NCBI GenBank assembly: GCA_035489575.1
Contig: DATHJY010000002.1
Span: 15,080 to 79,079 of the forward strand
From: Verrucomicrobiia bacterium
GTDB lineage: Bacteria > Patescibacteriota > Saccharimonadia > Saccharimonadales > JAGQNK01
Direction of reading: 5' to 3'
Length of the DNA stretch: 64,000 nucleotides
The translations under genes and the position numbers were made by a program. The first letter of the stretch is position 1. The number at the start of each line of letters is the position of its first letter. Under the pieces are notes generated by a model, which searched no databases, was not told the origin of the DNA, and worked only from the letters and a program-made list of their open reading frames with translations. Below, piece after piece: positions 34,527 to 43,131 of this stretch.

Positions 34527-35323
34527 ATTACGGAGAGGAGCTGGGTTTTGCAAAAGACCTGGCCCGCGAAGCCGGTAAGATGATTCGTGATGCTTTTGTA
34601 GCTGGTGTCACTCATACCTGGAAGGCCGACAGTACGCCACTGACCGAAACAGATGAAGCCATAAATGCCCTGGTAATCCAGCGTGTAACCCAGGCATTTC
34701 CGGACCATGGGGTCATTGGCGAAGAAGGCAATATACGTGAAGACAAAAAACTGAAATGGGTGTGCGACCCCATAGACGGCACTATGTCGTTTTCGCACGG
34801 CGTGCAGGTATCTACCTTTGCGCTGGCCCTGACTGACGACGCTGGTCAACCGGTTGTGGCAGTCATTTACGATCCGTACATGGACCGGCTGTTTTCTGCA
34901 GTCAAAGGCGAGGGAGCTTTTTTGAATGACAGGCCTATTCACGTTTCCGACCAGACCACACTCGAACATGCGCTCATAGAGGCAGATGCTTTTCCCAGTA
35001 CTCGGCCGGTTATAGATGCAGATGCAGATTTGTTTAACGTTCTGCGCAGCAAAGGTGCCTACGTGACCAGTACGTGGTCGGTTATTCTGCTGGCGGGCTT
35101 GGTGGCTGCTGGTCACTACGCTGCCGCTCTATTGAATGTAGACAACTGTCACGATGCGGCTGCCCCGAAGCTGATTGTAGAAGAAGCTGGTGGCAAAGTG
35201 ACCGACCTCCAGGGCAATGACCAGCGCTATGACCAATCGACTCGCGGCTTCATTGCCAGCAATGGTCATATACATGCTGAACTTGTTAAGCTTTTGAGTA
35301 GTTACGACTTAGTACAGAAATAA
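34523..35323 (+). CDS. Inositol monophosphatase family protein
   Basis: GEEG...WVCDPIDGTMSFSHG motifs. The start overlaps the yebC stop. Confidence 0.85.
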   Translation: MNYGEELGFAKDLAREAGKMIRDAFVAGVTHTWKADSTPLTETDEAINALVIQRVTQAFPDHGVIGEEGNIREDKKLKWVCDPIDGTMSFSHGVQVSTFALALTDDAGQPVVAVIYDPYMDRLFSAVKGEGAFLNDRPIHVSDQTTLEHALIEADAFPSTRPVIDADADLFNVLRSKGAYVTSTWSVILLAGLVAAGHYAAALLNVDNCHDAAAPKLIVEEAGGKVTDLQGNDQRYDQSTRGFIASNGHIHAELVKLLSSYDLVQK

Positions 35324-35398
35324 ACATTAACTAAATATTATTTCATAAGCATAATCACTTTGACGATGCTTCATAGACTATAGTACTGTCCATTTACT

Positions 35399-36859
35399 AT
35401 GAGACGGCTTTGGGGAACACTTGTCTTTGCTTTGTGTGCTGTCATTCTGGGCTTGCCTATCAGTACAGGTGCACAGTCTGCAGCGCCGACTGTTGTTATC
35501 GGCGAGATTCAGTTGGGCGGCACTGCCGACCCCAAAGAGTACGTGGTGTTACAGAATATGAGTGACCGTGACGTCGTGCTGGATGGCTGGCTGCTAGAAT
35601 ATGCCAAGCCAACTTTTGATAAACAGTTTTGTACCGATCTCAGCTGGAAGACACACGCCGTGCAGGCATCGGCTAGTGTCGCAAAACTGACTGGTAGTTT
35701 GCCCGCCGGCGGCTCCAGCCAGCCCATTGTTCGGCAGCTAACAGACAGTACCGCCGGTTCTTTGCGGCTGGTGCAGGCTGGCATGGTGCACGATTTGGTA
35801 GCATGGGGTGCCGCGGCGCCCTGTGCAAATGGAAGCCCCCTGGCTATTCCTGTCAACAACGACAAGCTGATGCGGACAGCCAACTGCGAGGGTGTGGTCA
35901 GTATGGTCGTCAGCAGGGCGGGTGAAGTGCCGCCGTCTTGTGGTCAAGCCCCGCCCCCTCCAGCTGCAAACCCTGACTGTGGATCTGTTGTCGTGTCAGA
36001 GATTTTACCGAATCCGACGGGTATTGATACTGGCCAGGAATTTATAGAGCTATACAATCCCACGGCTGACAAAGTTGGGCTGCAAGGTTGCGCGTTGAGC
36101 ATAACCGGCAGTAGCAAGTCATTTACTTTTACCGACCAAGTTCTGCTGCCGGGCGAGTACAAGGCTTTTTATAGTGCGGCCACTGGCTTGGCTCTGCCCA
36201 ACGCAGCAGGCGGCGAGGTAGTTCTGTCTGGCACCCAAGAAATCGCCGTGCAGTATCCACCACTTTTGGCAGACAACCAAACGTGGTCAGTTGTAGATGG
36301 CATGTGGGGTATGGGTACTGCCACGCCCGAAGCAGCCAATGTACTGGCAGTGACGACAGACCCTGAAACGAATCCTGAAACGCCTGCCACGGAGGCATGC
36401 CCCACGGGCAAATATCGCAACCCTGAAACCAATCGGTGCAAAACGGCAGACGCTCCAAGCCAGTCGTCGGATTGTGCCGCAGGGCAGGAGCGCAATCCAG
36501 AGACCAATCGCTGCCGGAGTGTTGCGACTGCAACGAGCGCCCTTGCTACCTGCAAAGAAGGCCAAGAGCGAAACCCTGCTACTAACCGCTGCCGGGCGGT
36601 AGCTGCTGCTACCACCGCACCCCAACCATGTGGCGAGGGCGAAGAAAGAAATCCCGAGACGAATCGCTGCCGCAAAGTTGCGGCTGAGCCCAAGCCGTCC
36701 ACCCAAGCGGCTGCGGCAGCAGGTAAACAGCCGGGCAAAGTTCACTACGCGGTCCTGGGCTTGGTCGTGGCTGGCGTGGCGGGATATGGTCTGTATGAAT
36801 ATCGGCAAGACCTAAAGAATTATTTGGCCAGGTTTTACGCACGCCCCGCAAAAAATTAG
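35399..36859 (+). CDS. Secreted lamin-tail-domain (LTD) protein with Cys-loop repeats and a C-terminal membrane anchor
   Basis: Signal peptide present. There are two LTD-like segments (GEIQLGG...EYVVLQN and VVSEILPNPTGIDTGQEFIELYNP). The terminus is hydrophobic (VLGLVVAGVAGYGLY). Confidence 0.75.
   Translation: MRRLWGTLVFALCAVILGLPISTGAQSAAPTVVIGEIQLGGTADPKEYVVLQNMSDRDVVLDGWLLEYAKPTFDKQFCTDLSWKTHAVQASASVAKLTGSLPAGGSSQPIVRQLTDSTAGSLRLVQAGMVHDLVAWGAAAPCANGSPLAIPVNNDKLMRTANCEGVVSMVVSRAGEVPPSCGQAPPPPAANPDCGSVVVSEILPNPTGIDTGQEFIELYNPTADKVGLQGCALSITGSSKSFTFTDQVLLPGEYKAFYSAATGLALPNAAGGEVVLSGTQEIAVQYPPLLADNQTWSVVDGMWGMGTATPEAANVLAVTTDPETNPETPATEACPTGKYRNPETNRCKTADAPSQSSDCAAGQERNPETNRCRSVATATSALATCKEGQERNPATNRCRAVAAATTAPQPCGEGEERNPETNRCRKVAAEPKPSTQAAAAAGKQPGKVHYAVLGLVVAGVAGYGLYEYRQDLKNYLARFYARPAKN
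36398..36675 (+). repeat. Four tandem coding repeats C-x2-G-x2-RNP(E/A)TNRC-(K/R)
   Basis: CPTGKYRNPETNRCK, CAAGQERNPETNRCR, CKEGQERNPATNRCR and CGEGEERNPETNRCR, separated by Ala/Thr/Ser linkers. Confidence 0.7.
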
Positions 36860-36911
36860 GGAGTAGTAGATTGACGAGTCAGGTCAGTTATTTTATTATT
36901 TGTTTATATAT

Positions 36912-37346
36912 ATGGCAGGTTACAAAGGTCCAGACGCAGGCAGTTACCCCGAGAGTGCACCAGCAATACTGCAAATAGTGTACGCAGAAGTGCGTGCCGA
37001 TGCCGCACGGGCTATTGTCTATTTTGCAGACGTAGAAATAGGCAGACAGGTTCGTAGCGACCTGCAACTGCAGGCTGCTATAACTGAGCTGCGAGAGAAC
37101 GGCGATCAGTCTGACCCGGTGTTTCGGTCTAATATGCGCGATGTGGTGGCCGACAGGATAGGGCGGTTTCTCTACCACGGCAAGCAGGCCCGCGAGCGTT
37201 TTAACACTTTCACTGCGGAAGCCACACAAGTCACGCAAGAACTGGAGGCGATGGCAGACCTAGAAGCAGATGTCAGCGACATGCCCGACCTGTGGGATCT
37301 GTCCTACGAAAAGTTGTTGGCGTCCGAAGGTAGCACAGAAGAATAG
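36912..37346 (+). CDS. Hypothetical acidic protein
   Basis: ORF upstream of ruvC with no recognisable motif. An alternative start lies at 36900. Confidence 0.45.
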   Translation: MAGYKGPDAGSYPESAPAILQIVYAEVRADAARAIVYFADVEIGRQVRSDLQLQAAITELRENGDQSDPVFRSNMRDVVADRIGRFLYHGKQARERFNTFTAEATQVTQELEAMADLEADVSDMPDLWDLSYEKLLASEGSTEE

Positions 37347-37367
37347 CAAGCTGTTAAGCTTAACTAT

Positions 37368-37841
37368 ATGAGAATCCTTGGGATAGACCCCGGTACCGGC
37401 ATACTCGGCTTTGGCGTGATAGACGTGGACGCCAAGGGTACGCCGAGCTTGGTGGACGCAGGCGTTATTCGCACACCCGTAAAGCAGGCCGACAGTGACC
37501 GGCTGTTTACTATTTATGACGAGCTCAAGCAAATTATTGCCGAGACTAAGCCGCAAATAATGTCGGTAGAAAAACTATTCTTTTCACAGAATGTCACCAC
37601 GGCCATGAGTGTCAGTCAAGCCCGTGGAATTGTGCTGCTACTGGGCAAGCAACACGACCTAGAACTGCACGAATACACTCCCCAGCAAATCAAACAGGCT
37701 ATCACCGGCTACGGCAAAGCTGACAAAAAACAAGTGCAAGAAATGGTCCGTGTGATCCTGAAGCTGCAAGAAGTGCCCAAGCCAGATGACTGCGCCGACG
37801 CCATAGCTGCCGCGTTGTGTTGTTCGCACCAAGTACGCTAG
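37368..37841 (+). CDS. ruvC: Holliday junction resolvase RuvC
   Basis: MRILGIDPGTGILGFGVID...VEKLFF...DCADAIAAAL. Confidence 0.9.
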   Translation: MRILGIDPGTGILGFGVIDVDAKGTPSLVDAGVIRTPVKQADSDRLFTIYDELKQIIAETKPQIMSVEKLFFSQNVTTAMSVSQARGIVLLLGKQHDLELHEYTPQQIKQAITGYGKADKKQVQEMVRVILKLQEVPKPDDCADAIAAALCCSHQVR

Positions 37842-38407
37842 GCAGGTGGTGCTGGCGGAATGGTTGGGCCAGGCTGGTAGGGTGGAATTGGCGGTGGAGG
37901 CGGGGGTGGTAGGAACGTTGGAGCGGTGGTAGGTGTCGGGGCAGCATTTTCTTTGTCTAAGAACTTGTTGATATCGTTCTGGGCAATGAGCATCCAGATT
38001 GGCCCAAATCCGTTGCCGCTCAGAAATGAAAGCAGTATGAGGTTGAGCAAGGGGGGTATGCCACCAACAACCATATGCAGCGCTCGGGCAAAACGGTACG
38101 ACCAGTAGAGGGCTCCTATTGGTACAACAATGAAGATGAGCAGTATGAGCCAGATCAGGGAGGCATCAGAAGATTGGCCAGAGTCATAATAGGTAGACAT
38201 GCTGGACAGCGCCGAGAAGAAGATAACCAAAGTTATCACGGTGAGCACTCCCAGTATGCTAAGCGCAATAACAAGTGACGGAATGGCTTTTTTGTCGTTG
38301 AGTCTTTCTGTCAGACCCTTCCTGACCTGCCACAGCCACACCAGCTGGTAAACGCCCAGCGTGACATAGCTGAGTAAAACAACTTTTAGGAGACTTCTAT
38401 GTTTCAT
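37838..38407 (-). CDS. DUF4234-like membrane protein with a Pro-rich C-terminus
   Basis: LLSYVTLGVYQLVWLWQVRKGL plus TM helices. The tail reads PPPPPPPIPPYQPGPTIPPAPP. Confidence 0.5.
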   Translation of the reverse strand: MKHRSLLKVVLLSYVTLGVYQLVWLWQVRKGLTERLNDKKAIPSLVIALSILGVLTVITLVIFFSALSSMSTYYDSGQSSDASLIWLILLIFIVVPIGALYWSYRFARALHMVVGGIPPLLNLILLSFLSGNGFGPIWMLIAQNDINKFLDKENAAPTPTTAPTFLPPPPPPPIPPYQPGPTIPPAPPA

Positions 38408-38559
38408 GGTGCCCTTAGCTTAGGCTCTTCTTTATAGCATAATCATAGCAGGTTGTGGTGCTATAAGTGAGACGGGCGTGAACAAGAAACACACGTAGGC
38501 TGTTGTAGTATGCGCCTTAGGCACTCCTGCTTAGACTCGTCTGTGAGATAATAAGGCTT

Positions 38560-39135
38560 ATGATTGCAACACTTACTGGAATAGTAAGCGAAAAACTGGG
38601 CGAATTAGTTGTGCTAGATGTGCAGGGCATTGGCTATGGTCTGCTGGTGCCTGTCGAAGATTATGGCAAGCTGGCCAGTGGCGACAAGACTAAGTTCTAC
38701 GTGCACGAACACATCCGCGAGAACTCCCATGACTTATTTGGGTTTACCCAATTAGACACCAAGCGATTATTTGAATTGCTGCTAGAGGTAAATGGCGTGG
38801 GTCCCAAAATGGCGCTCAACGTGCTAAGTATTGGCTCGGCAGAGGACGTGCGCCAAGCCATTGCCGCTGGCGACACCAAGTTTATCCAGGCCGCCAACGG
38901 CGTTGGTAAGCGGGTGGCCGAGCGGGTGGTGGTAGACCTCAAAGACAAAGTGGGACTGACCAGCACCGCAGACCCCAGCGCATTGTTTGCCAGCAACACC
39001 ATCCAAGACGAAGCCACTCAGGCGTTGGTGGCTCTGGGGTACACCGTCCAAGACGCGCAGGTCGCACTAGCCAAAGTAGACGCTAGCCTGGGTATCGAAG
39101 GACGTATCAAACAAGCGCTCAAGGCGGCGATATGA
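38560..39135 (+). CDS. ruvA: Holliday junction helicase subunit RuvA
   Basis: MIATLTGIV...VLDVQGIGYGL...LLEVNGVGPKMALNVLS. Confidence 0.9.
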   Translation: MIATLTGIVSEKLGELVVLDVQGIGYGLLVPVEDYGKLASGDKTKFYVHEHIRENSHDLFGFTQLDTKRLFELLLEVNGVGPKMALNVLSIGSAEDVRQAIAAGDTKFIQAANGVGKRVAERVVVDLKDKVGLTSTADPSALFASNTIQDEATQALVALGYTVQDAQVALAKVDASLGIEGRIKQALKAAI

Positions 39136-39728
39136 CCACGTATATTTTGACCGGTGGACGAGATCGGGCGCATCCTGACTATGGCTCCAAGCTGACTGTG
39201 GAGCTGAAAAAACATCATGAAAAATTTAGAGTGCTGAGCTGCTTTTTTGCCGAGCCAGAAGAATACGCGTCTATGCTGGCAGAAAAATGGCAGCCGTGGT
39301 TTGAGAAGCGTGTGGGCTCTATCGAAAAGTATGACTATGCTCGGATGGATAGCTTTCTCCGGCAAATCAAAGATTTTGACATACTGTATTTGCACGGCGG
39401 ACCCAATCGTCCGTTGTTTGATGCGCTCGATACATTTGGTGACTTTGCCCCGCTGGTCGCGGGGAAAATAGTTGTTGGTAGTTCGGCGGGTGCCAATTTT
39501 ATTGCTAAGAACTATTGGGGCAGCTCCAAGCAAAAGCCCGGCAAGGGCAGAGCGATCCTAGACGTCAATGTCATGGTTCATTACGGCTCACCAGATCATG
39601 AGGGCAGGCCACGCACGGCTGGAGATTGGGATTATGAAGAAGCATTATTCCGGGACTTTATCGGTACCAACGAAAAAATCTGGCACCTGCCGGAAGGCGA
39701 AGTTGAAGTATTTGAGGCAAAAGACTGA
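39132..39728 (+). CDS. Peptidase S51 (dipeptidase E-like) family protein
   Basis: ILYLHGGPN and [10 protein letters not shown] (Ser nucleophile context). Its stop and start codons overlap ruvA and ruvB on either side. Confidence 0.6.
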   Translation: MTTYILTGGRDRAHPDYGSKLTVELKKHHEKFRVLSCFFAEPEEYASMLAEKWQPWFEKRVGSIEKYDYARMDSFLRQIKDFDILYLHGGPNRPLFDALDTFGDFAPLVAGKIVVGSSAGANFIAKNYWGSSKQKPGKGRAILDVNVMVHYGSPDHEGRPRTAGDWDYEEALFRDFIGTNEKIWHLPEGEVEVFEAKD

Positions 39729-40762
39729 TGGCTATTGAACGCATTATAAATACCGGGGTACCCGATGACGACCAGCAAGAAGTAGAGCTGGAGGTAACGC
39801 TGCGCCCACGGGATTTTGCCAACTATATTGGCCAAGACCGGCTAAAGAAAAATCTGCAGCTGGCCATAGCCGCTGCCCAGAAGCGTGGCGAACCCTTGGA
39901 CCATGTGCTGCTGTATGGTCCGCCGGGGCTAGGCAAGACCACCATGGCAACGGTTATTGCCAACGAGATGGGTGCGACCATTCGCGTCACATCCGGTCCG
40001 GCTGTAGAGCGGGCGGGTGATCTGGCGAGTCTGCTGACTAACCTGCAAGACGGCGATATCTTATTTATAGACGAGATTCATCGACTGCACCGCACGGTAG
40101 AAGAAGTGCTGTATAGCGCCATGGAAGATTTCAAGCTAGACATCATGTTGGGCAAAGGCCCGAGCGCGCGCAGCCTGCGCCTGGACTTGCCCAAGTTCAC
40201 TATTATTGGCGCCACTACTCGCACGGGTGCGTTGGCGGCACCGCTGCGTGATCGCTTTGGCATGATGCACCGGCTCGAGTTTTATACTCCTACAGAAATT
40301 CAGCAAATTATAGAAAGAGCGGCACAGATTTTGGGCGTGCAGATTCATGCTGCTGCTGCCCAAAACTTGGCTACCCGTGCGCGACTGACTCCACGCATTG
40401 CCAACCGCCTGCTCAAACGTGTACGCGACTATGCAGACGTCAACGGCGACGGCATTATAGACACGGTCATAAGCGAAAAAGCCCTGGGACTCCTGGAGGT
40501 TGACGAACTAGGGCTGGACCCGGCAGACCGCATGCTACTGCTGGCCATTATAAATAGCTACAATGGGGGGCCAGTGGGCGTCGAAACGCTGGCGGCTCTG
40601 ACGGCTGAAGAGCGCGGCACCATAGAAGACTTTTATGAACCATACCTGATGCAGATTGGCTTGCTAGAACGCACACCACGCGGCCGCAAAGTAACACCCA
40701 AAGCCTACAGCCACTTGGGGCGCACACACGGCGGAACATCGGACCAGCCCTCGATGCTATAG
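39728..40762 (+). CDS. ruvB: Holliday junction helicase RuvB
   Basis: [12 protein letters not shown]...[12 protein letters not shown]...LFIDEIHRL. Confidence 0.95.
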   Translation: MAIERIINTGVPDDDQQEVELEVTLRPRDFANYIGQDRLKKNLQLAIAAAQKRGEPLDHVLLYGPPGLGKTTMATVIANEMGATIRVTSGPAVERAGDLASLLTNLQDGDILFIDEIHRLHRTVEEVLYSAMEDFKLDIMLGKGPSARSLRLDLPKFTIIGATTRTGALAAPLRDRFGMMHRLEFYTPTEIQQIIERAAQILGVQIHAAAAQNLATRARLTPRIANRLLKRVRDYADVNGDGIIDTVISEKALGLLEVDELGLDPADRMLLLAIINSYNGGPVGVETLAALTAEERGTIEDFYEPYLMQIGLLERTPRGRKVTPKAYSHLGRTHGGTSDQPSML

Positions 40763-40781
40763 GGTGATATAATACTGGCAT

Positions 40782-41363
40782 ATGGACCCCCAGAAACTTT
40801 CCCCTAGCGCCCGTACGGCATTCAAACTCATAGAATTTGATAAAGACGAGCAACTTATCAGCGAGATCCGCAAGCATCCCGTCGGCCTGCTGTTCATTTA
40901 TATTGGTGGCACGGTTATCACCGGCATTTTGCTAATCTTGACGGTGGCTGGTGCGGCCCTAACGGGCAACACAGAGACGGGTACTGGCGGTGACTTCAGC
41001 AGCATAGCACCCATAATTGTTGTGCTGGGATTCATCCTGACAGTACTGTCCCTTATTGTTACAGCCATAGAGGCTTATCTGTACCGGAGTAATGTGGTGC
41101 TGGTTACGTCAGATAAAATATCGCAGCTTTTGCACCAGAGCTTGTTTAACCGCAAAGTGTCCCAGCTGAGCATTGGCGACGTACAGGATGTCACAATTCA
41201 GCAGCAGGGCATTATTCCGCACATGTTCAACTACGGTACGCTGGTGATAGAAACTGCTGGCGAACAGCAAAACTACAGCTTTACCTTTGTGCCAGATCCA
41301 TACAAAGCCGCCAAAGACATCGTGGGAGCGCACGAGCGCAACCTAAAAGCTTACGGCAACTAG
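40782..41363 (+). CDS. Bacterial PH-domain (YdbT/DUF304-like) membrane protein
   Basis: The N-terminal ISEIRKHPVGLLFIY is followed by two TM helices and then a PH-like C-terminal domain. Confidence 0.6.
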   Translation: MDPQKLSPSARTAFKLIEFDKDEQLISEIRKHPVGLLFIYIGGTVITGILLILTVAGAALTGNTETGTGGDFSSIAPIIVVLGFILTVLSLIVTAIEAYLYRSNVVLVTSDKISQLLHQSLFNRKVSQLSIGDVQDVTIQQQGIIPHMFNYGTLVIETAGEQQNYSFTFVPDPYKAAKDIVGAHERNLKAYGN

Positions 41364-41558
41364 ATTGACTTTTTAGCATTTTATTGTAAAATGTATGCTG
41401 CTTCGAACACCTTTTTGGTATCGAGGTACTTTGACAAGTTGATAGGTTCTACGAGGTGAGATATATAGACAGTAACCAGGTTGCTGCTATGTACCTCACC
41501 TTGTGGATGGAAAGCTGCTCATCCGAGCGCCCACGAGATACAGAGGAGAGAGGCACAC

Positions 41559-41939
41559 ATGATCGAACTCAATGCGCCCACCAAGCCCAACCCCAACCCC
41601 GACCTCGACGACGACGACAAGACGGTCCTCCGGCGCTTCATCACCATCCTCGACGACGAGGGTGTGCAGGCGCACCTCAGCCTGGCGTTGCTGTCCGCCA
41701 CCAACTCCTTCCTGTACAGCCTGGAGCTCCTGGACGCCATCGTGGATGACGTCTGCGACATCGAGGGCGTGGAGAGCGTCTACCTGGCTGCCCCGTCGCT
41801 GGTACTCCTGGTGGGCTGGATCAAGCAAAGCGAAGGCCTCGCCATCCCCGAGGACTTCATCCCGGACGCGCAGCTGATCACCCGGTTGCTGGAGGCGTTC
41901 TACGAAGAGGCTCGCCAGGAGGCGACCGAAGAGGACTGA
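41559..41939 (+). CDS. Small acidic protein (126 aa) with strongly GC3-biased codon usage
   Basis: The ATG follows GAGGAGAG. Four other long ORFs overlap it in other frames and on the opposite strand. By my manual read about nine in ten codons end in G or C. Confidence 0.6.
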   Translation: MIELNAPTKPNPNPDLDDDDKTVLRRFITILDDEGVQAHLSLALLSATNSFLYSLELLDAIVDDVCDIEGVESVYLAAPSLVLLVGWIKQSEGLAIPEDFIPDAQLITRLLEAFYEEARQEATEED

Positions 41940-42181
41940 CCCTCACCTGATCGACATCGCGAGTGGGCGTGGCACGCTGCTACAAGGTGTCACGCCCCTC
42001 CGTGTACTCATTCTCCAAAACACCTATCTTCTTGTCATATCGCTTCCATGAATGTGCGCACCTGCGCAAAAGTCATGCTGATGAGTCCCGGGGCCCTATC
42101 AAAAGACAAGCCCAAAGGACGAAAAGCGAACGCTGCCACGGCTCCGGTAGTCGGCAGCAAAAAATTGCAAAGTCTGCTACC

Positions 42182-42862
42182 ATGCGGCGAATGAACGACA
42201 AGCAGTGGGAGCGATCCAACTACCAGGTGGCTTTTTTGGCTGCCGTGATTGGGTTGGGGGCATTCAAAGAAGAGCTAGCGGGCTGGCATCTGGGGATTTT
42301 TAGTGTCGATCTGCCATGGATCTTTGTCTTTTTGCCATTGGTTGGGCTGCTGCTGATGGGGGCATTCTTGGGTGCCTTTACTGTCACCATTATTGATGGG
42401 CTGAACATCACGCGTTTTCCCTTGAGCGGTCTGGTTATGCGTTTGGCGAGCCTGTGTAATATTTTGGCATGTATGTGGCCGGTGTTGCTGTTCCTTGCCT
42501 GGGGATCTCAGGGTCTGATGTGGTTACTGCGGCGGGCACTGGGCGGTGCAGACGCCAGTGTGGCCTGGCTGGATGTGATTGGCTCGGTGCTCAGCCTTGT
42601 GCTGGCAATCATATCCTACAAGATAACGACGCGCCTGCTGCGCCAATCACCTATAGGCGCGCGGTCTCCACTGGGTGCTACCCAAGATACTGCCCCAAAC
42701 ATGGGCGGGCCAGAACAGACTCTGCTAGCCAGACGCCAGGCTGTACCACAGGACTATGTTTTTATTGACTACTACAACACGGCTGCCCAGTACATGCAGG
42801 ACTATCTACGGTTGCGTGGCTTTGGGGTCCGAAACCTCAGGCTGGATGACTTATGGCTATAA
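42182..42862 (+). CDS. Hypothetical multi-pass membrane protein
   Basis: Start chosen at MRRMNDKQ. Several TM helices. The upstream part of the listed ORF looks non-coding. Confidence 0.45.
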   Translation: MRRMNDKQWERSNYQVAFLAAVIGLGAFKEELAGWHLGIFSVDLPWIFVFLPLVGLLLMGAFLGAFTVTIIDGLNITRFPLSGLVMRLASLCNILACMWPVLLFLAWGSQGLMWLLRRALGGADASVAWLDVIGSVLSLVLAIISYKITTRLLRQSPIGARSPLGATQDTAPNMGGPEQTLLARRQAVPQDYVFIDYYNTAAQYMQDYLRLRGFGVRNLRLDDLWL

Positions 42863-43131
42863 ATCATTCACATCCCACCAACTGGCCGAACAGAAAACTG
42901 CGTTAGAGCAACTTATCAGAAAAGTGACGGTAGCCCACCAGGCTGCCCTGGAAAAATCTGAGGCTGCCGCTAGCCCACGCACTGGATCTAAGCACGGTAG
43001 AAAGACTCACTAGGCCGGCCGGCATTTCGACTTTCTGGCTGGTTGATGATCTTCATTTTTTACAATATGTTAGAATGCAAACATATGTATCCGTCAAGTG
43101 ACGGCAATACTTTGTGAGGTAATACAAGCTT

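Noticed and set aside
41456-41877. Alternative frames (41456-41749 +, 41572-41877 +, 41496-41828 -, 41519-41761 -) in the GC-rich patch
   Set aside because: Only the 41559-41939 frame combines a GAGGAG RBS, an ATG, strong third-position G/C periodicity and a non-repetitive protein. The others are Arg/Pro/Ser-rich shadows.
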